This document shows, piece after piece, positions 19,398 through 29,835 of a stretch of DNA of 64,000 nucleotides (the first letter of the stretch is position 1; every line of letters begins with the position of its first letter). Under the pieces are notes generated by a model. That model had not been told where the DNA came from, did no database searches, and worked only from the letters and a program-made list of their open reading frames with translations. A program made the position numbers and the translations under genes. This stretch comes from Methanobacteriota archaeon (GTDB lineage: Archaea > Thermoplasmatota > E2 > DHVEG-1): NCBI GenBank assembly GCA_963769885.1, contig CAVYNH010000007.1, positions 32,001 through 96,000 of the forward strand, in the 5' to 3' direction.

Positions 19398-20354
19398 ATG
19401 ACTGATGAACCAGTAAAAATGCGAAGACGTATAGATTTTGTTATGGAACCTCAAGTAATAGATGCGAAAAAGGGGATCGTCGGGGTTTCTCTTGTCCCCA
19501 ATCCGAAGAGATATGATTGGGTAACCGGAAAGGATGGAAAGAAGTATTTGCATGATAAATTTGATGATTACCTTATGCCTGAAGACCTTCTACAAGACCT
19601 TGCGAAGAGTATGGAAGGGCAGCCGATATTTTACCAACCCCCTGAGATTGAGGATGCTGATAAATATGTTGAATCAAGAAAACCCCATGTTTCAAAATTG
19701 ATCGAGAGTGGCCAGACTGATATTCAGTTCAAAGATAAATCTGAAGAATACCTTGAATCACTCGCTGTAGATAACCTCGGTTTTGCGATAATGTCAATAG
19801 ACTTAGTTGGCTCAACCAAATTAGTCCAGGAACTTGGCGAAGAAGGCTATACTAGAACGATTCAAACTCTGCTCTATGAAATGAGCAATGTCATTCCAAA
19901 ATTCAAAGGTCAAGTTTTAAAATATACTGGAGATGGACTTATTGCATATTTCCCAGAGCCTAATTTTATTACTAAATGCGACTTAGCTTTAGATTGTGCT
20001 CTCACTATCAGAAGACTTGTTTATAATGGACTGAATCCTCTTCTTGAACAGCATGGTCTTAAAAAGGTAAACATAAGAATTGGATTAGATGCTGGCAGTG
20101 CATCAGTTATCATCGTCGGAAGTCCAGAGACCAAACAACACAAAGACATTATTGGATCGGTTATCAATATTGCAGCGAAAATTCAAGCAAAAGCCACACC
20201 CGGAGGCATACTCATTGGGGATGAGATGCAGAGAAACTTGCATACAGATTGGAAATTACACTGTAAAAAATTCCCCATTGAACCCTGGCCCTATAAAGAT
20301 AAACAAGGAAAGCCTTATCCAGTTTTCAGATACGAAGATGAAGAAAGTCGATGA
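19398..20354 (+). CDS. Class III adenylate/guanylate cyclase domain protein with unknown N-terminal domain
   Basis: SIDLVGST, LKYTGDG, IRIGLDAG, DIIGSVINIAAK; GGAGG RBS. Confidence 0.88.
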   Translation: MTDEPVKMRRRIDFVMEPQVIDAKKGIVGVSLVPNPKRYDWVTGKDGKKYLHDKFDDYLMPEDLLQDLAKSMEGQPIFYQPPEIEDADKYVESRKPHVSKLIESGQTDIQFKDKSEEYLESLAVDNLGFAIMSIDLVGSTKLVQELGEEGYTRTIQTLLYEMSNVIPKFKGQVLKYTGDGLIAYFPEPNFITKCDLALDCALTIRRLVYNGLNPLLEQHGLKKVNIRIGLDAGSASVIIVGSPETKQHKDIIGSVINIAAKIQAKATPGGILIGDEMQRNLHTDWKLHCKKFPIEPWPYKDKQGKPYPVFRYEDEESR

Positions 20355-20372
20355 AGAATCGTTTAAAGGCGA

Positions 20373-20876
20373 ATGAGTGAAAATATGACTAGAACCAACC
20401 AGTTCAGGAAAGAATTTGTCGATTCATGTACGATGATTGGCTCTAGTATTATAACCGCAATTGTTTTTTACCTTGCATTAATCAATTCATGGCCTTATCA
20501 ACAAAAACTACTTTGGATTATTGTTTTCGTCTCTATTTATCTGGCATTTTTAGCTGCCAGCATACTTTTTTTGGTTCTATTCTATACGGCCTCCCACTAT
20601 TACGGCGGCTACAAAGATTTTCTCAAGAGATTGATTCCCGGTATCGCGGGAGGCGTGATAGTATTCACAGTTACACAGTTCATGGCGAGGCTCCCTAATA
20701 ATCCCAATATCGTTGATACCGTTATCCCTAATATTCTCTGGACTGTGGCAGATGTCTTCCTGGTATTCATAATCTTATTTTCCCTGTATCTGGTCGTTGC
20801 ATTAACAAAAAAAAGAAACACCAAGATACGAAGAAAGCCGCTCTACCCCGCCCGATCAACCGGAACCTCTAACTAA
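20373..20876 (+). CDS. Four-TM membrane protein
   Basis: Four hydrophobic segments and a basic C-tail; 18 bp after the cyclase. Confidence 0.65.
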   Translation: MSENMTRTNQFRKEFVDSCTMIGSSIITAIVFYLALINSWPYQQKLLWIIVFVSIYLAFLAASILFLVLFYTASHYYGGYKDFLKRLIPGIAGGVIVFTVTQFMARLPNNPNIVDTVIPNILWTVADVFLVFIILFSLYLVVALTKKRNTKIRRKPLYPARSTGTSN

Positions 20877-21080
20877 CGATGGTAAAACGAAAAAATCCAA
20901 GCGTGGTAAACCGTAGCATGAAACTATAGGCAGATTTATATAGAAGATTCCGACTTGGGATGGTTTGACCTCCTCATTTTTGGTTCTCTCCTGTAATTAG
21001 GTAAAACGGCTTTTGCTGCTTACTTTAACCAAAAAGGAGTTCGGCAAGATCTAAGTGTTTAACGTAAGCGTCCTCAGTTC

Positions 21081-22043
21081 TTATTCCAAGGTTTGATCGA
21101 TGATTTCTTTCAACTTCTGTTCTCTTTTATCCGGGGTGTAGCAGGCGAGGATGCGCACTCGGGCTGGTGCCCCGGGTAATGTTAAGGCTTTCTTGATGGC
21201 AGCGACTGTTTTTTCAACGTCACCATACGGCACCACGATGCCTGTGCCCCCGGCGATCTCGGCAATTGCGCCCTTATCTGAGACAACGGGGACGCACTCA
21301 CACGCCATCGCCTCGCCCAAAGCCACGCCGAACGCCTCATGGAATGATAGTTGGCAGTAGACTTTGGCTTCCTGATAGTAGTGAAGAAGGGCGTCGTCAG
21401 TGACAAAGCCAGTGTACTTGACGTTACCGATCTTTTGTGCGGCTAACTCCGCCGCGATGTCGTCCTCTAGGCCGCCGATGACCGCAAATTCCAGGGGCTG
21501 GAGCTGTCGCGCAGCTTCGAGAAAGGTCTTCAGTCCCTTTCGTCCAATATTTTTACGGTTCACAAAACAGGTGGTGACAACGAGATCGCGTTTCTTGCCG
21601 GCGGGGTAAAACTTCGTGGCATCCACAATATTATACACCAACCGGGATGCGGGGTACTTCGCGTTATTTTGGATCTCTCGCTGGTTGGTCTCCGACACCG
21701 CGAGCACCACTGTGGCGTGATCAAGGACGAATCGGACCATCCGACTGGTGAGCGGCCGGGACATGAGGCCGTACTGGAACTGCGGTTCACAGGCGACGTC
21801 ATAGCCGCCCGCCACAACGATGACAGGACGGTGGATGAATCGCGTGACGAGACTGGTCAGCAATGCATGATAGCTTGCGAACCAGATGTATACTGCGTCT
21901 GATTCCCATATGGCATGCATGAATGCTCCGAGGCGGCGGATGTTAAAATGGATTGGAAGAACGGCGTAGTGTTTTGATAAGAGTTCGATGTCCTTGCGGA
22001 CAAAACTTGATTTCTTTAGGTAGATGACCGCGATTTTTTTCAT
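21081..22043 (-). CDS. Glycosyltransferase family 4
   Basis: RKG, EAFGVALGEAMACECVPV. Confidence 0.92.
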   Translation of the reverse strand: MKKIAVIYLKKSSFVRKDIELLSKHYAVLPIHFNIRRLGAFMHAIWESDAVYIWFASYHALLTSLVTRFIHRPVIVVAGGYDVACEPQFQYGLMSRPLTSRMVRFVLDHATVVLAVSETNQREIQNNAKYPASRLVYNIVDATKFYPAGKKRDLVVTTCFVNRKNIGRKGLKTFLEAARQLQPLEFAVIGGLEDDIAAELAAQKIGNVKYTGFVTDDALLHYYQEAKVYCQLSFHEAFGVALGEAMACECVPVVSDKGAIAEIAGGTGIVVPYGDVEKTVAAIKKALTLPGAPARVRILACYTPDKREQKLKEIIDQTLE

Positions 22044-22057
22044 TGTCTGATTCTGGA

Positions 22058-22717
22058 TTATTTCTTGACTTTTTCCCAGTCCTTTAGAAAACTCTTGATG
22101 CCGTTGTCGGTGAGGGGGTGTTTGACCATTTTTCGGATGATTTCGGGTGGCACGGTGGCGATGTCGGCGCCGATGCGTGCAGCGTCGATGACGTGGATGG
22201 GGTGCCGGATGCTGGCGACGATGACCTCGGTCTCGATCTCGTAGTTGTTGAAGATTTCCATGATTTCCTCGACGAGCAGCATGCCTTCCTGGCCGTTGTC
22301 GTCGAGTCTGCCGATGAAGGGGCTGACGAACGTGGCGCCGGCCTTGGCCGCGAGCAGCGCCTGGTTCGCAGAGAAGATCAAGGTCATGTTGGTCATTATG
22401 CCTTGACGGGACAGGGTCTTGACGGCTTTGAGGCCCTCAGGCGTCATGGGGATTTTGATGGCGATGTTCTTGCGGTATTTCTCCGGGGTCTTTTTGACGA
22501 GGTCCTGGGCTTCTTTGACCATACGGTCGGCTTTTTCGCTGATGACTTCGAGGCTGATGGGTCCGTCGACGATGGTGAAGATCTGAGTGAGGACTTCTTG
22601 GAAGGTGTAGCCGCATTTCGCTAGGAGCGTGGGGTTCGTGGTGACGCCGTCGATGACGCCCCACGAGGCAAGCTCCCGGATTTCGTTGAGGTCTGCGGTG
22701 TCGACGAAAAGTTTCAT
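22058..22717 (-). CDS. fsa: Transaldolase / fructose-6-phosphate aldolase
   Basis: [35 protein letters not shown]. Confidence 0.95.
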   Translation of the reverse strand: MKLFVDTADLNEIRELASWGVIDGVTTNPTLLAKCGYTFQEVLTQIFTIVDGPISLEVISEKADRMVKEAQDLVKKTPEKYRKNIAIKIPMTPEGLKAVKTLSRQGIMTNMTLIFSANQALLAAKAGATFVSPFIGRLDDNGQEGMLLVEEIMEIFNNYEIETEVIVASIRHPIHVIDAARIGADIATVPPEIIRKMVKHPLTDNGIKSFLKDWEKVKK

Positions 22718-22868
22718 GGTCAGTTCACATCCTGGCGGTTGGGTATTTCCTCTGCGTTCATAAGCATTTGGTTATAGCCTTTTCCAGATATGAAATGATA
22801 TACGTCAAAAAGAATCGAAACATATATATATCCACGTATACATTACATGTCCTTGCCAGGAGGGGATA

Positions 22869-23024
22869 ATGCCTCTTACTCGGAAGGCGCGCATGGTGGG
22901 CAGTAGCCTCGTAATCACCATTCCGAGCCAGCTCGCAAAAGCCCATAATATCAACGATGGGGATGCACTTGAGATCATACCGTTAGGGATGGGAGAATTC
23001 AAAATTCGGAAGGTAAAGAAGTAG
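22869..23024 (+). CDS. AbrB/MazE/SpoVT-family DNA-binding protein (not in ORF track)
   Basis: MPLTRKARMVGSSLVITIPSQLAKAHNINDGDALEIIPLGMGEFKIRKVKK; GGAGG RBS; TATATATA at ~22823. Confidence 0.85.
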   Translation: MPLTRKARMVGSSLVITIPSQLAKAHNINDGDALEIIPLGMGEFKIRKVKK

Positions 23025-23112
23025 GGGTGCCCTGGGTGGAGACAGGGCACCTCACATGCACTCTTACAACGAAACCAAAAAAAGGGAAGGATGAAGTAGT
23101 GAGGAGAGACCC

Positions 23113-23445
23113 ATGAGTGTCACTGGGCCGCATCAACAGGGGCTGCATGCAGATGTCCAGCTGCTGTCTTTGGAGAGCGGCCCGGCACTCGGGGTTTTCG
23201 TCTCCCTGGGAAAAGCCCCCTTGGTGCTAGTCGCGGTCCCGCAGGGGTATGTGATGTGCGGGTATTTGAATATGGAGACGGCGACCAAGCTTGGTGACTG
23301 CGCCGGTCGCGTCACAGGGGTATCTTCTTTTGAGAATCTACTCGCCGCACCCGTCACCTGGGTGTCTGAGGCGGCGAAGGCGCGCGAGCTGCGTGAGGGG
23401 ATGACCGCGCGGGAGTTCCTGAACGCGGCGGCAAAAACCCATTAG
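23113..23445 (+). CDS. YunC/DUF1805 family protein
   Basis: APLVL...GYVMCGYLN...A.KLGD.A.RVTGV. Confidence 0.85.
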   Translation: MSVTGPHQQGLHADVQLLSLESGPALGVFVSLGKAPLVLVAVPQGYVMCGYLNMETATKLGDCAGRVTGVSSFENLLAAPVTWVSEAAKARELREGMTAREFLNAAAKTH

Positions 23446-24602
23446 TACGCATTCTTCAGGATCGAGTAGACATCGGTCTCGTCAAGTCTTCTGAACTTGC
23501 CGATGTCGCTTGTGGAGACGATGCTGTGGGCCATGTCCTTGAGTTGATGTTCTTGGACGCCGACGTCCTTGAGCCGCGTCGGCATCCCTAGGCTTGTGAA
23601 GAATGCCTTGGTCCGTTCGATGCCTTTCTTGACGATCGCCTCTTTTTTTCTGCCTTCGATGCCCCAGATCCGCTGGGCATAGTCAACGAACCGGCTGGCG
23701 GGGTCCTCACCGCTGACGTATTCCATCCAGACAGGAGTCAGGATGGCGAGGCCGATGCCGTGGGTGACGTCGGTGACCGCGCTGACCTTGTGTTCGATGG
23801 CATGCGTCGCCCAGTCTGCGATTTTTCCGTAGGTGATGAGGCCGTTGAGGGCGAGGCTGCTGGTCCACATGAGTTGGGCACGGGCGTTGTAGTTGGTCGG
23901 CTCGCGCATTGCGATAGGCCCGAATTTGAGGACTGTGTGCAGGAGCGCCTCAGAGATGCGGTCCTGGACGTAGGTTTCTGGGGTGGGGCTGAAGTACTGT
24001 TCGAGGATGTGGCTGTAGATGTCGACGACGCCGGCTGCGGTCTGTTCCCGGGGGACGGTAAAGGTCAGGCTGGGGTCGAGGATTGAGAACTGGGGGCGGA
24101 GCAGGTCGGACCGGACGGCGAGCTTCTGCTTGGTCTGGGTGTTGGTGATGACGGCGTTGCCGTTCATCTCGGAGCCGGTGCCGGCAACGGTGAGGGCCGT
24201 GCCTAGGGGCAGAGGGTGTTGGACCTGGGCGTCGCCGGTCATGAAGTCCCAGGGGTCGCCGTGGTAGGGGACGCCGGCGGCAATGGCCTTGGCGCAGTCG
24301 ATGACGCTGCCGCCGCCGACCGCAAGGAGGAACGTGAGATCGTGGTCGCGGCAGAGGCGGATGCCGTCATTGACGCTGGCAAGGCGGGGGTTGGGCTGGA
24401 CGCCGGGGAGCTCCTCGTAGGTGATGTGATGGGTCTTGAGGATGGCGGTGATTTCTTCGTACATGCCGAGTCGTTTGATGCTACCGCCGCCGTAGACGAG
24501 CAGGATGCGGTGGGAGTATCTGGGGATTTCGTGTTCGAGGTTGTGCAGGGTGTCGCGGCCGAAGTATACGCGGGTTGAGACTGCGTACTTGAAGTTCTCC
24601 AT
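23442..24602 (-). CDS. Iron-containing alcohol dehydrogenase (Bdh/YqhD-like)
   Basis: GGGS, VGGGSVIDCAK, GTGSEMN, H..EQYF, THAIEH, HGIGLA. Confidence 0.95.
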   Translation of the reverse strand: MENFKYAVSTRVYFGRDTLHNLEHEIPRYSHRILLVYGGGSIKRLGMYEEITAILKTHHITYEELPGVQPNPRLASVNDGIRLCRDHDLTFLLAVGGGSVIDCAKAIAAGVPYHGDPWDFMTGDAQVQHPLPLGTALTVAGTGSEMNGNAVITNTQTKQKLAVRSDLLRPQFSILDPSLTFTVPREQTAAGVVDIYSHILEQYFSPTPETYVQDRISEALLHTVLKFGPIAMREPTNYNARAQLMWTSSLALNGLITYGKIADWATHAIEHKVSAVTDVTHGIGLAILTPVWMEYVSGEDPASRFVDYAQRIWGIEGRKKEAIVKKGIERTKAFFTSLGMPTRLKDVGVQEHQLKDMAHSIVSTSDIGKFRRLDETDVYSILKNAY

Positions 24603-24696
24603 CTATTTCAGTCCTCCACCAGGGAAATCGTGTATGGGGTGTGTTATTTTAAACATTCTGAGAAACAAAGAAAATAAGGAGAGAGAATTAATCTCT

Positions 24697-25605
24697 TTAG
24701 GGCGGGTTAGGCGGCGTCGGCGACAGTGGAGACTCTTCAGTAGTCGGGGCCGCTGGTTTTTCTTCTCCTTTCTTCTTGCTTGGGCGGTCCGCGATGATGC
24801 GAATGAGGTAGGCGAAGACGATGATGACGATCATGACGGCGGTGTAGGCGGCGAGGTCCGGCTGGATGCCGTATTTAGGAGGGTCGGGCTGGAGACGTTT
24901 GATGATGATGCCGATGTAGGCCCAGACGAAGACCAAGGTATACGGGAGGTCGCGGCGGATCCAAATGACGAGGAGGGCGACGATGGTGGCGACGGCGAGG
25001 ATAGTGCCGAACCAGGTGGCCTCGCTGATGCCGAAGCCGTCCCAGCCGATGGCGACGAGGTAGGCGGTAACGTTGGCAATGGTGGCGACCGTAATCCAGC
25101 CAAGGTAGACGCTGAAGAGCAGACGGGCGCCGACCCATTCCCTTCGGGGAGCAGTGGTCTTGCCGATGCCCAGGCGGGTGTAGATCTCGATGAGTGACAG
25201 CAGCAGGATGACCATGGGCAGTAGGGTCCAGTTGATGTATTTGTACTGCCAGATGAAGATCCAGGCGATGTTGGCGGCGCAGCTGAGCATGAAGTAGCCG
25301 CCGATCTTGGTGACAGTCTCAGGGACATCGCCTTTCCGGACGCCCTTAAGCTGGTAGACGAGGAAGACGATGATGAGGGCGTAGATGATGCCCCAGATGG
25401 CGAACGTGATGCCGCTGGGGGTGAAGAGGTTGTTGACCTTTAAGGCGTCGATGACATCTCCTGTTTTAATGTTATTAATAAAGCCGATGCCAGCGAGGAT
25501 GTTGACGGCGATGGTCGCAAGCCCGAGGATGAGGTTACCTGCCTGCAGGAGGGAGTGTCGTTTCACCATATCCTTGATTCCACCTCTCGTGGTAGTGGTG
25601 GACAT
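24697..25605 (-). CDS. Tryptophan-rich sensory (TspO-like) membrane protein
   Basis: FTPSG.TFAIWGIIY, N.AWIF.W, FSVYLGWITVATIAN. Confidence 0.8.
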   Translation of the reverse strand: MSTTTTRGGIKDMVKRHSLLQAGNLILGLATIAVNILAGIGFINNIKTGDVIDALKVNNLFTPSGITFAIWGIIYALIIVFLVYQLKGVRKGDVPETVTKIGGYFMLSCAANIAWIFIWQYKYINWTLLPMVILLLSLIEIYTRLGIGKTTAPRREWVGARLLFSVYLGWITVATIANVTAYLVAIGWDGFGISEATWFGTILAVATIVALLVIWIRRDLPYTLVFVWAYIGIIIKRLQPDPPKYGIQPDLAAYTAVMIVIIVFAYLIRIIADRPSKKKGEEKPAAPTTEESPLSPTPPNPP

Positions 25606-25740
25606 CGTGCTGCCTGTTTATCTATCTATTGCGCTGGTCTTTCAGGATCATCGCCCATCTCAGGGGCAACATGATTGGAAAACTGAACGGCAGGCCGAGG
25701 CTTGATAGGGATGTCGTCGAGGATTGAGTTCGCGATGCTC

Positions 25741-27258
25741 TTATCTTTGGGGGATGGGAGGTTCTGTTCTCCCGTAGGTGGTGGTGATGAGGCGTAGGAT
25801 GTCGGCGAGGTGGAGGGAGAGTTGGGGTTGGGTGACGCGCCAGGTCCAGTTGCCGTGGCTCTGGTTGGGGGTGTTCATGCGGGCGTCGGAGCCGAGGCCG
25901 AGGAGATCTTGCATGGGGATGATGGCTGTGTCGGCGACGGAGCTGTGGGCGAGTCTGATGAAGACCCAGTGGACGGTGTCGCTGGTGACGTCTTGGGCGG
26001 TGTAGTCGTTGATGTGTTGGCGGATGGTGGGGTCGGTTTCGGTGTCGTACCAGCCGCGGATGGTGTTGTTGTCGTGGGTGCCGGTGTAGATGACAGAGTT
26101 TTTGGCGACGTTGCACGGGAGGTAGGGGTTGGTGGTGGGGTCGTCGAAGAAGGCGAATTGGAGGATGTCCATGCCGGGGAGGTGGTAGTGGTCGCGCAAT
26201 TCCCTGACGTCGGCGGTGATGCAGCCGAGGTCTTCGGCGATGAGTTGGATGTTGGGGTGGCGGCGGTAGAGGCGGTCGAAGAAGCGGGTGCCGGGGCCGG
26301 GTGTCCAGGCACCGTTTTTTGCGGTGGGGTCGGTGGCGGGGACTTCCCAGTGGGCGGTGAAGGCGCGGAAGTGGTCGATGCGGATGTAGTCGTAGAGGGT
26401 TTGGGTGTGGGCGAGTCTGGTGATCCACCAGGTGTAGGTGGTGGTATTCTTCCAGTTGTAGATGGGGTTTTTCCAGAGTTGTCCGGTTTTGCTGAAGTAG
26501 TCGGGTGGGACGCCGGAGACGACCGCGGGGGTCTTGTCGGCGTTGAGTTTGAAGATGTCGGGGTTGGCCCAGACGTCGGCGCTGTAGTAGTCGACGAAGT
26601 AGGGGAGGTCGCCGATGAGGTGGATGGCGTGGCCGTTGCAGTAGGCTTTGAGGGCCTGCCAGTGGTGGAAGGTGAGGAACTGTAGGATTTTTTCTGCGGT
26701 GATCTGATCTCGGAGTTGGTCGTTGATTTTTTTGAGGGCGGTGGGTGTGCGGTCTTTGATGTCTGCGGGCCAGTCGGTCCATGGCGCGTTGAAGTGGGCT
26801 TCGCAGGCGTGGTAGGTGGCGTAGTCGTCGAGCCAGAAGGCGTTGGCGGCGCAGAAGGCGTCGTAGGCGCAGTGGAGGCTTTGGTCCGGGTGTTTGGTGA
26901 AGCGGGCTGGGATTTTATTGAAGAGGGTTTCTTTGTAGGCGAGGGCGTCGTCGTAGTCAACGCGGGTGTCTGAGAAGGAGGGGGGGTTGGCGAGGTCTAC
27001 AGGAGTGAGGAGTCCTTGGTTTTTTAGGATGTCGGGGCTGAGGAAGTAGGAGTTGAGGGCGAAGGCGGAGGCGCTGGCGTAGGGGGAGGTGTTACCGGGG
27101 TTGATGGGGGTGAGGGGAAGGATCTGCCAGAGGCGTTGGCCGGCGGCTTTGAGGAAATCGGCGAAGCGGTAGGCGCCGGGGCCGAGGTCGCCGATGCCGT
27201 AGGGCGAGGGAAGGGAAGAAATGTGAAGTAGGATGCCGCTGCTGCGCAGATGTCTCAC
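25741..27258 (-). CDS. malQ: 4-alpha-glucanotransferase (GH77)
   Basis: SGILLHISSLP, WQILPL, GVPPDYFS.TGQLW, RIDHFR, IAEDLG, YTGTHDN. Confidence 0.97.
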   Translation of the reverse strand: MRHLRSSGILLHISSLPSPYGIGDLGPGAYRFADFLKAAGQRLWQILPLTPINPGNTSPYASASAFALNSYFLSPDILKNQGLLTPVDLANPPSFSDTRVDYDDALAYKETLFNKIPARFTKHPDQSLHCAYDAFCAANAFWLDDYATYHACEAHFNAPWTDWPADIKDRTPTALKKINDQLRDQITAEKILQFLTFHHWQALKAYCNGHAIHLIGDLPYFVDYYSADVWANPDIFKLNADKTPAVVSGVPPDYFSKTGQLWKNPIYNWKNTTTYTWWITRLAHTQTLYDYIRIDHFRAFTAHWEVPATDPTAKNGAWTPGPGTRFFDRLYRRHPNIQLIAEDLGCITADVRELRDHYHLPGMDILQFAFFDDPTTNPYLPCNVAKNSVIYTGTHDNNTIRGWYDTETDPTIRQHINDYTAQDVTSDTVHWVFIRLAHSSVADTAIIPMQDLLGLGSDARMNTPNQSHGNWTWRVTQPQLSLHLADILRLITTTYGRTEPPIPQR

Positions 27259-27293
27259 CGCCTATGAGGAGGTCCTCTCGTTGTTTTTTTTTA

Positions 27294-27878
27294 TCAACCG
27301 TCGTCTCCAGCCTTTTTCCCGCCGTGTACTATCATCGTCCATTCTGCCAATGCCTCCAGCGTGTCCCTGATAAGTCGTCGTGTTCTCTCGTCGGTAAGCC
27401 GACCCATATCGTCGCACTTCTTGGTGACGTCGGCCACAAGGACTTGCGGGAAATTCAACGGATGCATGTTGCAGGCGGAAAAGACATTATGCAGGGCCAT
27501 TTGGCAGCGGGCGGTCCCAAAGCGGCCAGTGGATGCTCCCATCACGGCCACGGGTTTCCCATCGAGAACGGATGTCTCCGAAGGTCGCGATGCCCAATCC
27601 AACGCGTTTTTCAGCACTCCTGGGATCGAGTAGTTATATTCCGGCGTGCAAATGAGGAGCGCGTCGGCTTCGGCGATCGCCTGTTTCAAGGCTTTGACCC
27701 GCTCCGGGTCGCCCTGATCCTCGATATCCTGGTTGAAAAGTGGGATGCCGGCAAGGTCAAAGACCCTGATGTCAACGGAGTCAGGGGCGAGTTCGATTGC
27801 TGATTTGAGAAGCGCCTTATTGTAGGATGCTTGCCGCAGGCTCCCAGCGATTCCCAGGATTCTGAGTTGTTTCGTCAT
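27294..27878 (-). CDS. NADPH-dependent FMN/chromate reductase
   Basis: GSLRQASYN, TPEYNYSIPGVLKNALDWASR. Confidence 0.93.
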   Translation of the reverse strand: MTKQLRILGIAGSLRQASYNKALLKSAIELAPDSVDIRVFDLAGIPLFNQDIEDQGDPERVKALKQAIAEADALLICTPEYNYSIPGVLKNALDWASRPSETSVLDGKPVAVMGASTGRFGTARCQMALHNVFSACNMHPLNFPQVLVADVTKKCDDMGRLTDERTRRLIRDTLEALAEWTMIVHGGKKAGDDG

Positions 27879-28024
27879 ACGAAGATGCAAACCCTTCATC
27901 CTATTTTTGTTTTGTTGTCTCACACCTCATGCATAGCAAAGGAGGACGCCTACGCGCGAGGAAAAGAAAGGGAGTGGCTCGTGGCGGGCGGTTCGGAGGT
28001 TTCAGAGGCGAGATTCGTTACTGG

Positions 28025-29260
28025 CTAGCGTCTCGACCGCCCAAATGACGGCGCATGAAACGAGGCGTTCCGCTGGTGGTGCCGATGATAACTGGGCTGA
28101 CCACCCCGGTGCTGCGAGAACTGCTGAGGAGACTGCCGGGAGAACGGGACGCGCTGGAACTGCGGCATCTCCGCCCGCTCGATCTGCAGCTCTTCGTTGC
28201 TCTGCACACGGCGGAAATTATCGTGATCCCGCTCCGTTAACAGCGTGATCGCGGCGCCTTCTGCCCCTGCCCGAGCGGTGCGGCCTATCCGATGGACATA
28301 GTCCGTTGGGGTCTTAGGGACGTCATAGTTGTAGATATGGGTGATGTTCTTGATATCGAGTCCTCGGGCGGCGACATCAGTCGCGACCAGGACTTTTGTC
28401 CGCTCGTTCCTAAGGTCGTTGAGCGAGGTCGTCCGTTTGTTCTGATTCATGCCTCCATGGATCGCTGAGGCATAGATTCCCTGGCGTTTGAGGTTGCGAG
28501 CGACCACGTCGGATTCCCTGCGTGTCCCGCAGAAAACGATCGAGAGGCCCTCTGTCCTTGTCTTGAGGAGATGGACGAGAAGAGAGAACTTCTGGTTCTG
28601 CTCGAAGATATCGTAGTACACCTGATGAAGCTTGGTGTGATCGACGTACGACTGGGTTCTGACGACTACCGGGTTCTCCGAATGATTCTTCACAAGGGTG
28701 AGGACATCGTCTGAGATGGTTGCACTGAAGAGAAGGAGTTGGCGGCCGCGGGGGACTTCACGGATGATCGCTTCGACGTCTTCGATGAAGCCCATTTCGA
28801 ACATCTTGTCGGTCTCGTCTATTACAAGAACGTCGATGTTCCGAAGATCGATCGTATTGCGTCGGATGTGATCGAGCATTCGACCTGGTGTGGCGACGGT
28901 AATCTCTGCGTTTTCAAGGCGGTGGATTTGCGGGGTGATGCTAACGCCGCCGTGGACGCAGGCGACGGACAGTCGGAGGTGTTTTCCGTAGTCTTTGAAA
29001 ACTTCGGAGATTTGGATGCAGAGTTCTCTGGTCGGGGTGAGGATGAGTGCTTGCAGTCCTTGGCGTGGCTGGGTTTTCTCAAGAATGGGGAGGCCGAAGG
29101 CGAGGGTTTTACCTGAGCCGGTTTCTGCTTGCCCGACGACATCCTTGCCTTGAAGGATGGGGGGGATGCATTTTTCTTGAATGCAGGTAAGATCAGTGAA
29201 TCCTTGGTCTTGGAGCTGCTCGAGGAGTCTTGAATTGATGCTGAGGTCGTTACATTTCAT
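28025..29260 (-). CDS. DEAD-box RNA helicase (DETD variant)
   Basis: AETGSGKT, PTREL, TPGR, DETD, SAT, ARGLD, HRIGRTAR. Confidence 0.95.
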   Translation of the reverse strand: MKCNDLSINSRLLEQLQDQGFTDLTCIQEKCIPPILQGKDVVGQAETGSGKTLAFGLPILEKTQPRQGLQALILTPTRELCIQISEVFKDYGKHLRLSVACVHGGVSITPQIHRLENAEITVATPGRMLDHIRRNTIDLRNIDVLVIDETDKMFEMGFIEDVEAIIREVPRGRQLLLFSATISDDVLTLVKNHSENPVVVRTQSYVDHTKLHQVYYDIFEQNQKFSLLVHLLKTRTEGLSIVFCGTRRESDVVARNLKRQGIYASAIHGGMNQNKRTTSLNDLRNERTKVLVATDVAARGLDIKNITHIYNYDVPKTPTDYVHRIGRTARAGAEGAAITLLTERDHDNFRRVQSNEELQIERAEMPQFQRVPFSRQSPQQFSQHRGGQPSYHRHHQRNASFHAPSFGRSRR

Positions 29261-29319
29261 AGTCTATCAACTGCTAGATTGTGGTCTAAGAATAGTGGGT
29301 TGAACGCGGCTGTTGTTCC

Positions 29320-29511
29320 TTATTTTTTTGTCACGTTCTTGGCTTGTGGTCCTCGCTCTGACGTCTCAACCTCAAAATTTACTTCGTCGCCCTCGTTGAG
29401 TGTGACATCGGCGGGGATTGCACTCCGATGGACAAAAACATCTTTGCCGTCTTCTCCTTGTATGAATCCGTATCCCTTTCGGGCGTTGTACCATTTTATG
29501 TTTCCTTTCAT
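29320..29511 (-). CDS. csp: Cold-shock protein
   Basis: [21 protein letters not shown]. Confidence 0.95.
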   Translation of the reverse strand: MKGNIKWYNARKGYGFIQGEDGKDVFVHRSAIPADVTLNEGDEVNFEVETSERGPQAKNVTKK

Positions 29512-29835
29512 AATTGATCACGTTTTTTTTGTTTTTCTTGAAAAGAATAGAAACAAAAGCTTTCAAAAATATCGGGTTTGGTGATTGTTTGTGAAATCTT
29601 TTTGTTTTATTCCTTTGGATGTGGTGTACCTTTCCCGCCTTTATATAGTTTTGTCTTATGAAGGGGCATTCAGGGTCGAGCCCATGGTATGTCTGTAATG
29701 GGTTAGAGGTGGGGTAGCGTTTACTCCATTGGTCTTTCCTAAGGGATTCCCAGTTCTAAGGATAATGCTTTTATAATAGGGCGTGGTATCCTTTTTCAGC
29801 GATCGTTTTTCAAAAACGACGCCCAAGGAATATGT

